Part shown: one piece after another, positions 1-11,350 of the stretch
Position numbering within the stretch: position 1 is the first letter of the stretch
Layout: each line of letters begins with the position of its first letter
Made by a program: the position numbers and the translations under genes
NCBI GenBank assembly: GCA_951406725.2
Contig: OX597817.1
Coordinates: forward strand, 149,854,001-149,918,000
Length of the DNA: 64,000 nt
Source of the DNA: Octopus vulgaris
Lineage: Eukaryota
Direction of reading: 5' to 3'
The notes under the pieces: model-generated
What the model saw: the letters and a program-made list of their open reading frames with translations, nothing else
Told to the model about the DNA's origin: nothing
The model's database searches: none

Positions 1-414
1 CTGCTGCATGGCACCTTGGGTAGGTATCGCTTAATACAATGTCAGATTGACCAATGCCTTAAGAGCGGAATTTGATAAATGGAAAGTAGGCAGAAGGCCA
101 TCATATATATGTATACATTTCACAGATGTATACTGACAAAGATAGGTTTAAAAAACACGAAAAGTGCAGCTTATCCAATGAGGTCCCTGGTGATATTTGC
201 TCTGCACCTAGTTACACAGACACTCCCAAGTCACACTCAACTTTGGAAATACTGTGAACCAGCTACTGCCTCATCAGAAACCTTTGCCAATGAACTTATT
301 GTTCACCAAGTGTGATATAAAATTAAATTTTAAAAAGTGGCAAATATTAATAGCATAAAAAAAATATTTTAAAAATAATAAATTTGAAACAGTATTATCG
401 TTAATTTTACATAC

Positions 415-500
415 CTGTGCTAATGGGACAAGAAAGTTGCGAAAGGGTTTCACTTGGTTGCGTTTCATATACTCCATTAGTTCGTTGCCAGCAAGCGTAG
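415..500 (-). CDS. OXA1L: OXA1L exon 5 (gene continues beyond left edge)
   Basis: cattag| and |gtatgt; 86 nt phase 1/0; ATLAGNELMEYMKRNQVKPFRNFLVPLAQ matches the Oxa1 region leading to the PxxQ motif. Confidence 0.92.
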
Positions 501-1066
501 CTAATGGGTAAAATAAATAGTACAAGAATTTTAGAAAGAATGTGCCTTGCAATTATCAAGCAATATTCATCATCATCATCATCATTTAACATCCGTTTTC
601 CATGCAGGCATGGGTTGGACAATTTGACTGAGAACTGGTAACCAGGTTTCAATCTGACTTGGTATGGTTTCTACAGCTAGATGCCCTTCCCTATCACCAA
701 CCATTCCAAGAGTGTAACAGGTGCATTTTATGTGCCACCGGCACATGTGCCAATTACGTCACACCAGCATCAGCCATGACTGCTATCTCACTTGGCTTGA
801 CAGGTCTTCTCAAAAAAGGTGTATTGCCAAAGGTCTCGGTCACCTGTCATCACCTCCATGAGGTCCAACGTTCAAACGATACTTTTTACATACCAGTTAC
901 ACATCACTGGCATAAGCCTCTACCACATAACAGATACTGCATCAATAAAGCTATACATAAAGTATATTGATTGCACATACATTGTGTATGTGTTTATTTA
1001 TGTACCTATTTGCTGCACAACAACATTTGAAAAAGCTCACTACAAGATGCTGAAAGTTAAAGAATA

Positions 1067-1569
1067 CCGTAAATCCTTGAGTATAATCCACATTTTTTTC
1101 CCAAAATTTAAAGGTCAAAATCCCTAGTGTGTACTATATATGTGGTTAAAAATGAAAAATATTTTCTAAGCAATGTCCGAGTCTCTATTTGCTGTCTGGC
1201 AATGTTTATTCAGACACATTTTGTGATGCCGGGTATGAAAATACCTTAAGCTAAGCCTGAAAGCAATGAAGTCATAAAAGAATCATCCATAACTTGCAGT
1301 AAGCAACATTTATTAAAATAAAAGTATTCAGAACACAGAATAACATGTAACAAAAACAATTTGCAAACATATTTACATTCCCATATAACAGTTAAGAACA
1401 TCACCATTATTGTATTACGCATGCGCGAAAGTGTTTGTTCAACTAGGTGCTGCTGGCTTAATTACGCACGACTCAAGTTAGAGAAGGGTTTAGGTTTTTC
1501 AGAGACACAGCCCCCTAAAAATCCAATGCATAATATACTCAAGAGTGGACTATACTCGAGGATTTACGG
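1067..1569. mobile_element. pogo/Tigger-like MITE
   Basis: TIR CCGTAAATCCTTGAGTATA / TATACTCGAGGATTTACGG flanked by TA. Confidence 0.85.
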
Positions 1570-1962
1570 TAACCAAATGTCCCAGATCAGGTGAGACAAC
1601 TTGCTTCAAATGACCTCAGCCATTGACACTTAGTGCCATGTAGGAGAGCTTTCCCCAGATACTATCCCACAGCAAATGGAAATGTAAATAAAACTCAAAC
1701 ACTTATGTATGTGCACCCAATGTTTACATTACTGGAACTGCTTTTAATTCATAATTTAATTTTCAACTCTACATGTCATCATATCACATTTGCATAGCTT
1801 TGTAGTTACAAACAGGTATAGACATTTGTATTTTTAATCAACAGAAATAATGATGCTCAAGTTAATTGAAACCTTATGGCAATACAACATATCAGGAAGA
1901 CATGTTAAATAAGGGTTGGAATTATGGGTTCAATCACTAATAGTGATCTGGGAAGAGCTTAC

Positions 1963-2106
1963 CTTCAACAGGGTTGCCACTCAAGCGAGCATCAGAGAAG
2001 TTCTGTTGTAGACGCATAATAGTAGGCATGTGGTTGCTCATGTTGGTAGAATTCCTCTGAGCCATGACCACAATAGGGAACATACACATTCGAACAATAA
2101 TTGTAC
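1963..2106 (-). CDS. OXA1L: OXA1L exon 4
   Basis: tttag| and |gtaagc; 144 nt phase 1/1; GTIIVRMCMFPIVVMAQRN... includes the conserved Arg and Pro of the Oxa1/YidC core. Confidence 0.95.
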
Positions 2107-2422
2107 CTAAAGAAAATAAACAAATGAAAAAGATTGCAACAGGAATTAGTTTCAAATGAAGAATATGGAACATAAAAGTTCCTCATTTAGAGAATGCAAG
2201 GGAAAATAAATCTTGAAATGTTTAACGAGAATAAAATCATTTTACTGAAGACTGGGTCTTTGGATTTACCTGTGCTACATTCATGGTATTAATATATGTT
2301 AGTTTCTTAGAGGTCTCCCTACATTTGCTGTAATTAGGTCCCAAAGCATAAAAACTATGAAGAGAGGTCTGATGAGTTCTGTAAAAACATTGCAGATGTC
2401 AACTATCTCAGCTAATTGAAAT

Positions 2423-2750
2423 ACAGGGTGGACCAAAATGATCTGACACATTTGGAAGTTTAATAAAATAAGAAATAATGAAAAGAAAAATTTTATTTTC
2501 TGAATGAACATATAATGCCATTTTATTTCATTAAATTTTAAAAATTAAATCAGCTAAATGCTTCCCATCATTGTCAACATACTGTTGGAGACGTTCATGA
2601 AAGTTATCAATAACTCTATGGATCATTTCTTCTGGAATGGTGAAATGTGATTTCTTCTTGTGGGGATATTTAAAATCAAAAAGTATCTGGTCATCGCCCT
2701 CGATCTATTGATGAATTAAAACGTGCAATTTGTGTAGAAATAGCGACCAT
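2423..2750 (-). mobile_element. Tc1/mariner transposase 3' fragment with TIR
   Basis: minus reads RVIDNFHERLQQYVDNDGKHLADLIFKI*; terminus TA-CAGGGTGG. Confidence 0.7.
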
Positions 2751-3009
2751 TTCATTACTTCATCCATCATTGATCGACAGGCTCACATTTCATTACTTCA
2801 TCCATCGTAGTCAATGATGACAAAGGACATCAGATGGGAAAAGGGAGGCTAACAATTATGCATCCACTGAATCATTGGCCTTCAACATTCAATATCTTTT
2901 ATCTCACTGAACCAAGCGTCACCAGACTCCTTACGCACTTCTCATGCTGTTCACTTGCCACACAAGGAAAGAAATATTTCTGTTGCTAAAGAAAGAGACA
3001 AGGATTTAC

Positions 3010-3217
3010 CTAGAACAATTGATCCCCACCATGGCAGACCAACACTGACATGAAGCGTTTCCAAAGCACTTTGTACCAAACCACTTGGTGTCCAGGAGGC
3101 CAGGCCCAGGCTAGTGAAGGTAGGTTCTCCTAATGCATTCAATGTTTCTACTGGTGGTAATGGTAGAGGCGGTGGTTCTGGAATGTACCCTGCAGGTAAG
3201 CTGCTTGTTAAACTGTC
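3010..3217 (-). CDS. OXA1L: OXA1L exon 3
   Basis: ttccag| and |gtaaat; 208 nt; encodes GEPTFTSLGLASWTPSGLVQSALETLHVSVGLPWWGSIV, the Oxa1/YidC TM1 signature. Confidence 0.95.
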
Positions 3218-4651
3218 CTGGAAAGAAATATTATTATATATTAATAAGAGGTAAGAGTTATATTGAAGTAATTCTGACCAACAAGTATTGAGTTCAAGCA
3301 TTAAATATTCTGAGGCATGGTTGTGTGGTAAGAAGTTTGCTTCCCAATCACATGGTTCCGGGTTCAGTCCCACTGTGTGGAACTTTGAAGTGTCCTCTTC
3401 TATAGTCTTAGACTGACCAAAGCCTTGTGAATGGATTTGGTAGACAGAAACTGAAAGCCCTTTGTGTGTGTCTGTGTTTGTCCTCAACCATCACTTGGCA
3501 ACTGGTTCAGCACAAAAGACTGATAGAATAATAATTGATTCATTCAACTAAAAAAACTCTACAAGGTGGTGCCCCAGCATGGTCGCAGTCCAATGACTGA
3601 AAAAAGTATATAAAGTAAAAGACATATCAACCTCTCTGGAAAAACAGTTCTATTTTCCAGATAGAGTTTACTTTGAATGTTACAGAATCTCAAGAATAAG
3701 AATTTGTAACAGTCTGTGGAAAAACATTATTGAACAGAGTAATGGGAAAAGAAGCTTGCAGCTATATCAGCATGGCCGATGCCAGTACCCACTGATTGGC
3801 TCTTGTGCTGGTGGCACATAAAAAGCACTATCCAAACATGGTCAATGCCAGTGCCCCCTGACTGGCTCTTGTGTTAGTGGCACGTAAAAAGCTCTATCCA
3901 AATGTGATTGATGCCAGGCCCACCCGACTGGCTCCTGTACCCATGGCACATAAAAAGCACCCACTATATTCACAGAGTGGTTGGCGTTAGGAAGGGTATC
4001 CAGCTGTAGAAACCTTACCAAATCAGATTGGAGCCTGGTGCAGCCGCTGGCTCTCCAGACCTCAGTCAAACTGTCCAACTCATGCCAGCATGGAAAACAG
4101 ACGTATAATGATGAAAGTTAATCAAAATTACTGACTACCTTTTGCTACCATTTCTTTTCTAATTACGTTGCTTTTGTTTGAATTCATTTTGAAAATAATG
4201 AAAAATTTAGTTAAATAATTTTGTTGATATTAAATTGTTAGTTAGAACATAAACTGGTTTCAAATTTTCAACGCCAGGTCAGCAAGTTCAGGGAAACTGG
4301 CTAAGTCAATTGCATTGACCCCTGGGCTCAACTGGTGCTTATTTTATCAATCCTGAAAGGATGAAAAGCAAAGTCGACATTGGTAGAATTTGAACTCAGA
4401 ATGTAAAGACAAACAAAAGTCACTAAGCATTTTGTCTGGTGTGTTAATGGTTCTACCAGCTCGAAGCCCTTATTTGGAATGTAAGTTAACTTTGAAGATT
4501 TGATGTAAGATTTTGTTTAGCTCACTTCAAAACAAGAAGTTTGTAGCACAGGATGGTTTCAGGTGGGTATCAAAAGGGTTTAAAATACGTATAACCATAT
4601 GATAATAACTAAATACAAACTGGAAAATATACAAACAAAAGAACAGCTTAC

Positions 4652-4825
4652 TGTTGTTGCTGGAGCAGCCTGGTTCACAGCATCTGTAGAATTAAATAAA
4701 GAAGGTGATGCAAGAGCAATATGTGGTCTCCGAAGACTGAATTTATTCAATGAAGAGCGTCCTATGCAGAGATGGTTGAGAGAAGCTACTGTGTATTCCC
4801 TTGAAGCTAACATTGATATGTTCAT
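4652..4825 (-). CDS. OXA1L: OXA1L exon 2
   Basis: tttgtag| acceptor, |gtaagc donor, 174 nt open, phase 0/0: MNISMLASREY...AAPATT. Confidence 0.8.
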
Positions 4826-5239
4826 CTACAAAATATAAAGAATTTTACAAACAAAATTAATACAGCAATAAAGTAAAGATGGATTTATTTTTTAATTTAT
4901 GAACTTGTATGGTATTTATGGTCAAACCCTAACAGAGTTAGATCAGACTAATTACTAACCAACCACAGTTTTCTTCAGTTTTTTTTATTATTTATCTTAC
5001 CTTCCTTACACTGTCTCCACTTACTCATAAAGAACATATCACTTTTTCAGACATATTTAAAAGGAAAATGGAATGTAGTAATTAATGCAGGATCAGGAGA
5101 GAGGGTACCAATACTAAATAGGATTAGGTACCTGAGTTAAGAGAGCCTGCAGAGAGGCAACACAAAACTGACTGATAATCCAAAGTAAAAAAATAAAAAA
5201 GGCAGAGCAAAAACACAGTATATATGGGGCCATAAGCTG

Positions 5240-5600
5240 AAGTGTTACTGAGCATCCATGTCTTTTCAGGGGATGAATCAGAAAGATGCGGATGCTGCAC
5301 ACACTGGAGCATTACTTGAACCTTTTAGAGAATTAGCAACTAAAGCATTTTCTAGCCCTAAAGAGGAAAGACCAATCTTTGGAAATACAGTTCTGGAGAG
5401 ATCATCAGAGACAGTGAGGTTTAGCATTTGTAGCAACTTAGGGTTTAGTTGTGTGTTATTTATGACTAGAAAGAAGCTAAATGAGTGTTTCCTTGATAAG
5501 GGCAGTGATAGTGCTTTTTAACTATTGACCGAAACAAGATTGATATGACCCCCATTGGAGACCGCTTCTGAAATCTATGTTCATGGAGGTAGAGTAGATT
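5240..5600 (-). mobile_element. Degenerate CR1/L2-type LINE ORF2 C-terminal fragment
   Basis: frameshifted remnants LTVSDDLS and LFRARKCFS resemble the post-RT region of CR1/L2/Jockey-group LINEs. Confidence 0.5.
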
Positions 5601-5750
5601 TGATGTAAGAGGCCCAGCACATGGATAATCCTGCTTGAATATAGAACATTAAAAAGTAATGAAGAGTGGCATCACATGCACAGTATTAGATGTTGTTGGC
5701 AGTGGTGATAAATAGATTGTCGATGTTTACGAAGAAAAACATGGGTAATA

Positions 5751-5952
5751 CAGTTCTATATTTAAGAGATGGGGAATTATGTACATTATTTACATTTGAT
5801 GGATAGTTGTCCTCATCTTGTTTGTTGTTAACACAACATTTAGGCTGATATACCCTCCAGTCTTCATCAGGTGTCTTGGGGAAATTTCGAACCTGGGTTC
5901 TCATTCCTAAGGTATATAGCTTAGTGGTTAATAATAATAATATCGAAAAATA
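5751..5952 (-). mobile_element. Hammerhead-bearing element (same family as 30157-30432) with inverted 5' piece
   Basis: minus: gacac-CTGATGA-agactg..cagcc-TAAA-tgtt-gtgtt; followed by plus-strand fragment tagcttagtggtta-ataataataatatcgaaaaata. Confidence 0.75.
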
Positions 5953-6000
5953 TCGATGCAGCTCTGAACCAGTCAGACATGAATAAGAACAAAACCAAGA

Positions 6001-6660
6001 CTAAAGAAAAACTGTGCTGTTGTCCATCAACAACCCATCTATGGATCCCCTTTCCAAGAACACAGCATTCAGCACTTCTGCAACTTCAGCAGCAGTCTCC
6101 ACCCTGATTTCTTTCCATGTAGCCATTTGCTGTCCATAGTCAACCGTTGAAAGGTACACATTTCCCCGACAGTGTGTCACGTCAACAGCAAGCCTCTTCC
6201 AGAGTCCTTCCACTTGAATTATTCCGGTTTCGTGTGTACACAGGGCAGGATCGATGGATTAGCACCTGTTGCAATTCCCCACTATCCTCCAAACGCTATC
6301 CCCGGTGACATTGGGGTCAACTGTCCTAGCCAAAAACAACATCCTGTCAACTCCCCTATGTGGTGCATGTTGTGCAGCCTCCTCAGTTCTGTGTCCTCCA
6401 GCCAACAAACCGCTGCTACTCCACTTGGAACATCCTCTACTCTTTCCAACCAGTGTTTTTTCACTCTAGTTGAAACGTCCGCCTTATTCTTTTCCAAGGG
6501 CACGTAATTCACATACAACTCCAGGCCAAATTCGGCAGCTAGCTCCCTTAGGATTCCCAGGCGACGCTTAATCACCATTTCCGCAGCCCCTTGCGCGTGA
6601 ATATTATTCCGATTGGTGATCACTGATTCCACTCCACCTACCCTTGCACCGTGGCAGACC
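6001..6660 (-). mobile_element. LTR retrotransposon pol fragment (RNase H end + integrase core), frameshifted
   Basis: YVPLEKNKADVSTR (RNase H C-term) then WKRLAVDVTH..YLSTVDYG..LLMDNST (rve D,D); RH-before-IN order fits Gypsy/BEL. Confidence 0.8.
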
Positions 6661-7405
6661 TCGACGTCTTATTTCGCCCACAAATATCGTAAGAAAGACT
6701 TGACCTATTGCTGGCCGACGTGACCTCATCTCGTCCCCTTCCGGTCTTCTTGCGAAGGTCCCTCTTTTTCCTTTCGGGTCAATTACTCTTCTACCACATA
6801 CAATTAATTAAGAAAAAAACTTCCAATTTCTTATATTAACATTTATTATCACGCTTTAATAGATATTTAAAATAAATGCTAAGACGTCATTGATGCAACC
6901 AACGAACAAACTTCTTCGTTTCAATAACTTTGCAATAATTAAGGAATCGCTATGAATAACAAGAGTATATTTGCAACAATTTGTATCAATGAACTGCAAA
7001 TATACCTAATATTTATATTTGAAGTGTGTTAGCGAGACATTGTAAACAAAACAGTTTAACAATTGTATTAGCGTCATATGATGACAGACGGTGCGCTGAA
7101 GGTCAACAGGAAGGGTAACGAACCCAACAAGTGAATAAACAACGGTTTTTTCTACCCTAAAATAATATAAACTAATATTTTATAGAAGATATAAATGATA
7201 TATTACAAGAGATCAGTATTCTGAAGATAATTACTCAGAAATCTTTTTACCGTTAGATAAGCAATACAGTAACGATAAGAGATTACCGGTTGTGATAGCA
7301 GCAAAGTCATATATAAAGTTAAAAGAAAAAAAAGACGACATTCTTTCATTTAAAATCATAGCTTTTCCAGAAGTAGGAATCATCAATTTTGTAACAGATA
7401 ATTAC

Positions 7406-7480
7406 CTTCTGAGTCCATACTGTTCGAGAAATTCTTCTCGTTATATCAAATAAACGCACATGCCCCATGCAGGTAGCCAT
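7406..7480 (-). CDS. OXA1L: OXA1L exon 1 (start of mitochondrial targeting peptide)
   Basis: ATG in good context (aacatcATGG on minus); 25 codons MATCMGHVRLFDITRRISRTVWTQK, Arg/Ser/Thr-rich like a presequence; donor AAG|gtaat, phase 0 matches exon 2. Confidence 0.75.
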
Positions 7481-8349
7481 GATGTTGTATAACAGGTCAC
7501 ATCTAAAATATGGAACAGAAAATTAAAATGAAACGATCCTAAAAAAACTTGGAATTAGAATTACGAAGACTGGTGAGCGAAACTATGGATTGTATAAAAT
7601 TTCGTTTCACGTGAAGGATTGTGAGTGCAGATGGTTTACATCTGATGAGTTAAAAAAACTGATTTTGTTTCTTACTTACAGTCTCGTGTTGTTGTTAAGC
7701 CGCAGGTCAGCTCTGATTGAACAAACCTATGAAGACATCTCAATCTTCATCATGTTTTTTTCCGTTTCCAGGGAACCCAAAACATTATCTAACAAGTCTT
7801 TTTTTAATTCGATAGGGCGAGATTCGAAGATTTGACGACTATTTCCAGCAGATCGAACGACCATGTTGGGGTTCTTTCATTGACTCAAACGGTCTCATAT
7901 AAATAATAAAGAATTTGTTGAAGCCATATTATACACAAAAATATTATTAAATATTCATAAGTTCATAAAATTCTAATAATGGATTGCTTTCCCATTCTTT
8001 CTCATCCGAAGAAACAACTAAAAGTTACATCAGTTTCGGAACACGTCCTGGAAAGCATTTTCTAGCATTAGTGCGCAGTTCTCAACGAATTAAAACAATG
8101 AATAAACATGCGTTTCACCACGAACGAAGTCAGTATATAGCATTCATAAATTGTAGATTAAATTACAACTTTATTGCAAGTTTTATTCATTTGTTGCTTA
8201 CTTACGCCTCATTCTGCGTTCGGGTACCACTTTCAACACTCTCCTTGATCAATTTTCAAGGTGTCGCCTACTTTCAGCTAGTACAAAATTCTCAGGGGAC
8301 TGGATTGATACTCTGCCTGTTGCCAACATTAGAGGTGTACTCAGTCTAC

Positions 8350-8876
8350 CGAGGTCTACCGAGCTAAACCTAATCGTTAAGCGGGTCCTGGCTCGAATAA
8401 ATGAATAAATATCTCCTCAGTTCTGGAACCGTTGGGATTATCCAGAAGTGATGGAAAGAGACCAGATGGTCTTACCCTCTGCCCCTCGGTTAGAGGTAGG
8501 TGCCTCATTTGGGACACCAGTCTGCGACTCCTTTGCTCCATCCCACATCCCGGATGCTGCAGTTAATGTAAAGGGTCACTGCTCCCGTAGCCGAACGGAA
8601 GAAAACCCTGAAGTATCGGGACCAGACAGTGAATTATCTTTTCCAGCTTGTGACGTTTGAGCCGTTCGGAGGGACTGGGTCACTAACCGCGAAGCTCTTG
8701 TCAACGTTGGCAGCTCGCCTCAGCGAGGTATCAGGTGATGCCCGTGGGGGCGCTTGGCTTTTCCAACGCCTTAGCCTCGCCATCGCCCGTGGTAATGCTG
8801 CTAGCGTCCTGGCTTGCTTCAGTAGGTTCCTTTAAACCTTCTGGCGTGCGACCAGTCGCTGTAATAAAAAAAAAAA
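8350..8876 (+). mobile_element. 5'-truncated CRE-like non-LTR retrotransposon (restriction-like endonuclease domain) with poly(A)
   Basis: [29 protein letters not shown] and WLFQRLSLAIARGNAASVL across frameshifts; AATAAA merged with A-tail at 8863-8876. Confidence 0.85.
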
Positions 8877-9039
8877 TTCCCCACAAATCGTTTCAATAGT
8901 TTTAACTGAAAGATTTGGGAGAATTAGATGAAAGTTCTCCTGTAATTTTCTTTTATGTAAATGAACGTTTATGTTAATTTAAAAAATTGCCAGCAAAATC
9001 TTATAAAATGACAATGTTCTAAAAGATGTACACCTTCCT

Positions 9040-9278
9040 GGTACTACTTGAGAACAGTGGTCTCAGTGCGCGCACTCGCGTAGTCGCGCATCAGCGCTAG
9101 CTAGTTGATCCTACAACGACTACCAAGCAAAGTAAATAAAACACAAAAACCCACAAAGTGAATAATTTTTTAAACAAAGTAAATAACACTCAAAAACACA
9201 AAGTAATGATCAACTAGTCGTGACTAGCTAGCGAGTATGCGAGTGCGCGCACCGGGACCACTGTTCTCAAGTAGTACC
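9040..9278. mobile_element. MITE with long TIRs and 9-bp TSD (Merlin- or Mutator-like)
   Basis: TIR GGTACTACTTGAGAACAGTGGTC...GTGCGCGCACTCGC; TSD caccttcct (9031-9039) / cacgttcct (9279-9287). Confidence 0.85.
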
Positions 9279-9377
9279 CACGTTCCTATGTTATAAATGA
9301 AAATCTACGCGTCCATGTGATGGGAAGAAATTGAAGTTATCTCCCTTCCTGAATTCTCGGAATTCAAATTTAGAATC

Positions 9378-9536
9378 ATGGCGGCGATTATTCGTGTGAA
9401 ACGTCGTATTTCCGATGGACCTTTGGAAAATATTGTTGTTTCTTGTAAAAAGAATCGCTTGATTGAGAATGTGAATACACCTAATGAGGATATTGTTACT
9501 ACAGAGTTAAAGTTTGCCGGAACTGTTGTTGATAAG
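9378..9536 (+). CDS. SLC7A6OS: SLC7A6OS (Iwr1 homolog, RNA polymerase II nuclear localization protein) exon 1
   Basis: atcATGG; MAAIIRVKRR...IVVSCKKNR...LKFAGTV resembles the Iwr1/SLC7A6OS N-terminal RVKRK motif; donor AAG|gtaaga; 159 nt. Confidence 0.9.
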
Positions 9537-9778
9537 GTAAGATCTTTCGAATAAAACTTGTAACCATGTGATTTTCTTGTGAGGCCTAAACACAAACATC
9601 GATGTTGGCAGGTTTTGTTGTTATTATTTTGTCGCTGGTCAGCCCCCAACTTAGGTTGGCTATGGACCCTTCTTCGTTTCTAGGTCTCCGTGAAAGTAAA
9701 AGGCATAATTTACTTGTCCTTGTTATGGTGAAGAAATAAAGCTCACTGAAGATTCGCATCACACTGATGGATCTGTTT

Positions 9779-10463
9779 GGGTAACATAGCCCTAGATTCA
9801 AAATACCATGTTAACATGCAGTTTACCGATGTATGTATAAACATACATTTTCGCAAAGAAAACAAACTTCTTTCTGCATTTCATTGATCTCCTATATTAT
9901 TTGCGTGTTGTTCAAAATCTAATTCAAACCACTGCTATCACTATTGAAATAGATCAGATCGTGTTTGAACAATTATTTAAAAGTATTTGATCCGTTTAAG
10001 GCGGCGAGCTGGCAGAATCGTTAGCACGCCGGGCGAAATACTTAGCGGCATTTCGTCTGCCGCTACGTTCTAAGTTCAAATTCCGCCGAGGTCAACTTTG
10101 CCTTTCATCCTTTCGGGCTCGATTAAAAAAGTACCAGTTACGCACTGGGATCGATATAATCGACTTAATCCGTCTGTCTGTCTGTCCTTGTTTGTCTCCT
10201 CTGTGTTTAGCCCCTTGTGGGTAGTAAAGGAATAGGTATTTGGTCCGTTTATCATTTGCATTTATTATCTTAATAAAACTCTAACTTTTCACTCATGGAA
10301 ACTATTTCCGTTTTTGTGCTGGAAAACAGCGACTTCTCACAATACTTTCACTTTCATGGAGACATGGAAACGAAGAAGCGCCGATCCAGGATCAAAGTTA
10401 TTCAAAGCGTAACTATCTTGCCCTTCTTTTGAAGGGTATTTTGAATCTAGGGCTATGTTACCC
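9779..10463. mobile_element. MITE with 29-bp perfect TIRs, interrupted by a SINE
   Basis: GGGTAACATAGCCCTAGATTCAAAATACC at both ends in inverted orientation; degenerate flanks atctgtt/atgtgtt. Confidence 0.85.
10000..10233 (+). mobile_element. SINE family B (tRNA-like head, Nin/Deu-like central domain)
   Basis: ggcggcgagctggcagaa head, gttcaaattcc B-box, gcctttcatcctttcggg core; TSD gtatttg(a/g)tccgttta; other copies approx 4270-4470(-), 12045-12260, 17933-18370 (tandem), 36740-36940(-), 36995-37447(-, tandem), 40988-41224(-), 44471-44680, 63101-63335. Confidence 0.85.
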
Positions 10464-10794
10464 AATGTGTTCCATTTCAATACGGTAAGGTGTACCTTAA
10501 AGGTGGTTTAGCTCTATTTCTCACAGGTTTTAATCCAAAACTTACAGTTCTGAACTGGGGTACTTTTTACGGTTAATATACGATGCCTTACAACTGTTAC
10601 ACATTTCGTTTCCATTTTTCCCACCGGGTGCGGATCTAGATATTAACCCTTTTTACATATCATAACTTCAAAGTTAGAAAATCCCTCCACTTTGGTGAGT
10701 ATTATTCTGATTCCTCTTATATTTATTGGCACTAAGTAAGCAAAACACCAAGTACAGTGTACAATGAGTGAATAAATGTATATATATATATATA

Positions 10795-10955
10795 CCATAT
10801 TTTAACGTGTATAAGTAACCCTTTTTTGTCAAAAATTAGGTTAAAAAATATGGGAGTTTCTTATAAATGGATAATATTATAATCCCTTACAAAACCTTTT
10901 TTCAAAATTTTAAGCCTAAAAAATTTAGGGGTTCCTTATACCCGTTAAAATACGG
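10795..10955. mobile_element. Short pogo/Tc-like MITE
   Basis: CC(G/A)TATTTTAAC...GTTAAAATAC(G/A)G TIRs with TA flanks; further copies 26111-26274 and approx 42570-42725. Confidence 0.8.
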
Positions 10956-10981
10956 TATATCTGTGTGTGTATATGTATATC

Positions 10982-11020
<39 letters not shown>

Positions 11021-11032
11021 CCTTTCTTTTAG

Positions 11033-11350
11033 ACAGATGCTATTTCACAGCACATTCGTAAAGCAATCAAGAAGGAAAAACTAGAGAAAGAATATAAACG
11101 TCATGCTTGCCAGGATCCTACTGTTAGAAGCCGCACCATTTCCCAGGCATCATCAAAGAACAAACGATATTTTGTTGTTTCAAAACACAGGAGCCCAGAA
11201 TTGGATACAATTGATTCTGTAAATGTTGACGATGAAACTACTTCACAAAAAACGCAAGATGCTACCAAAGAAACTGAGACTGACCCTGTCAGTGACAAAT
11301 TATATGTTCTGTATGATATTGAACAGGATGTGGTCCCCATTGCTGCAAAT
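11033..11350 (+). CDS. SLC7A6OS: SLC7A6OS exon 2
   Basis: pyrimidine tract + tag| acceptor, |gtgagt donor, 318 nt open, phase 0/0. Confidence 0.88.

Larger units (their letters stand above)
7481..9377. promoter_or_regulatory. Probable bidirectional promoter region between OXA1L and SLC7A6OS
   Basis: divergent ATGs 1.9 kb apart; CpG visibly better retained here than elsewhere in window; TSSs not determinable. Confidence 0.6.

Noticed and set aside
7073-7105. ATGATGA...CTGA C/D-box-like motif
   Set aside because: Too short, no terminal stem and antisense to the host OXA1L intron
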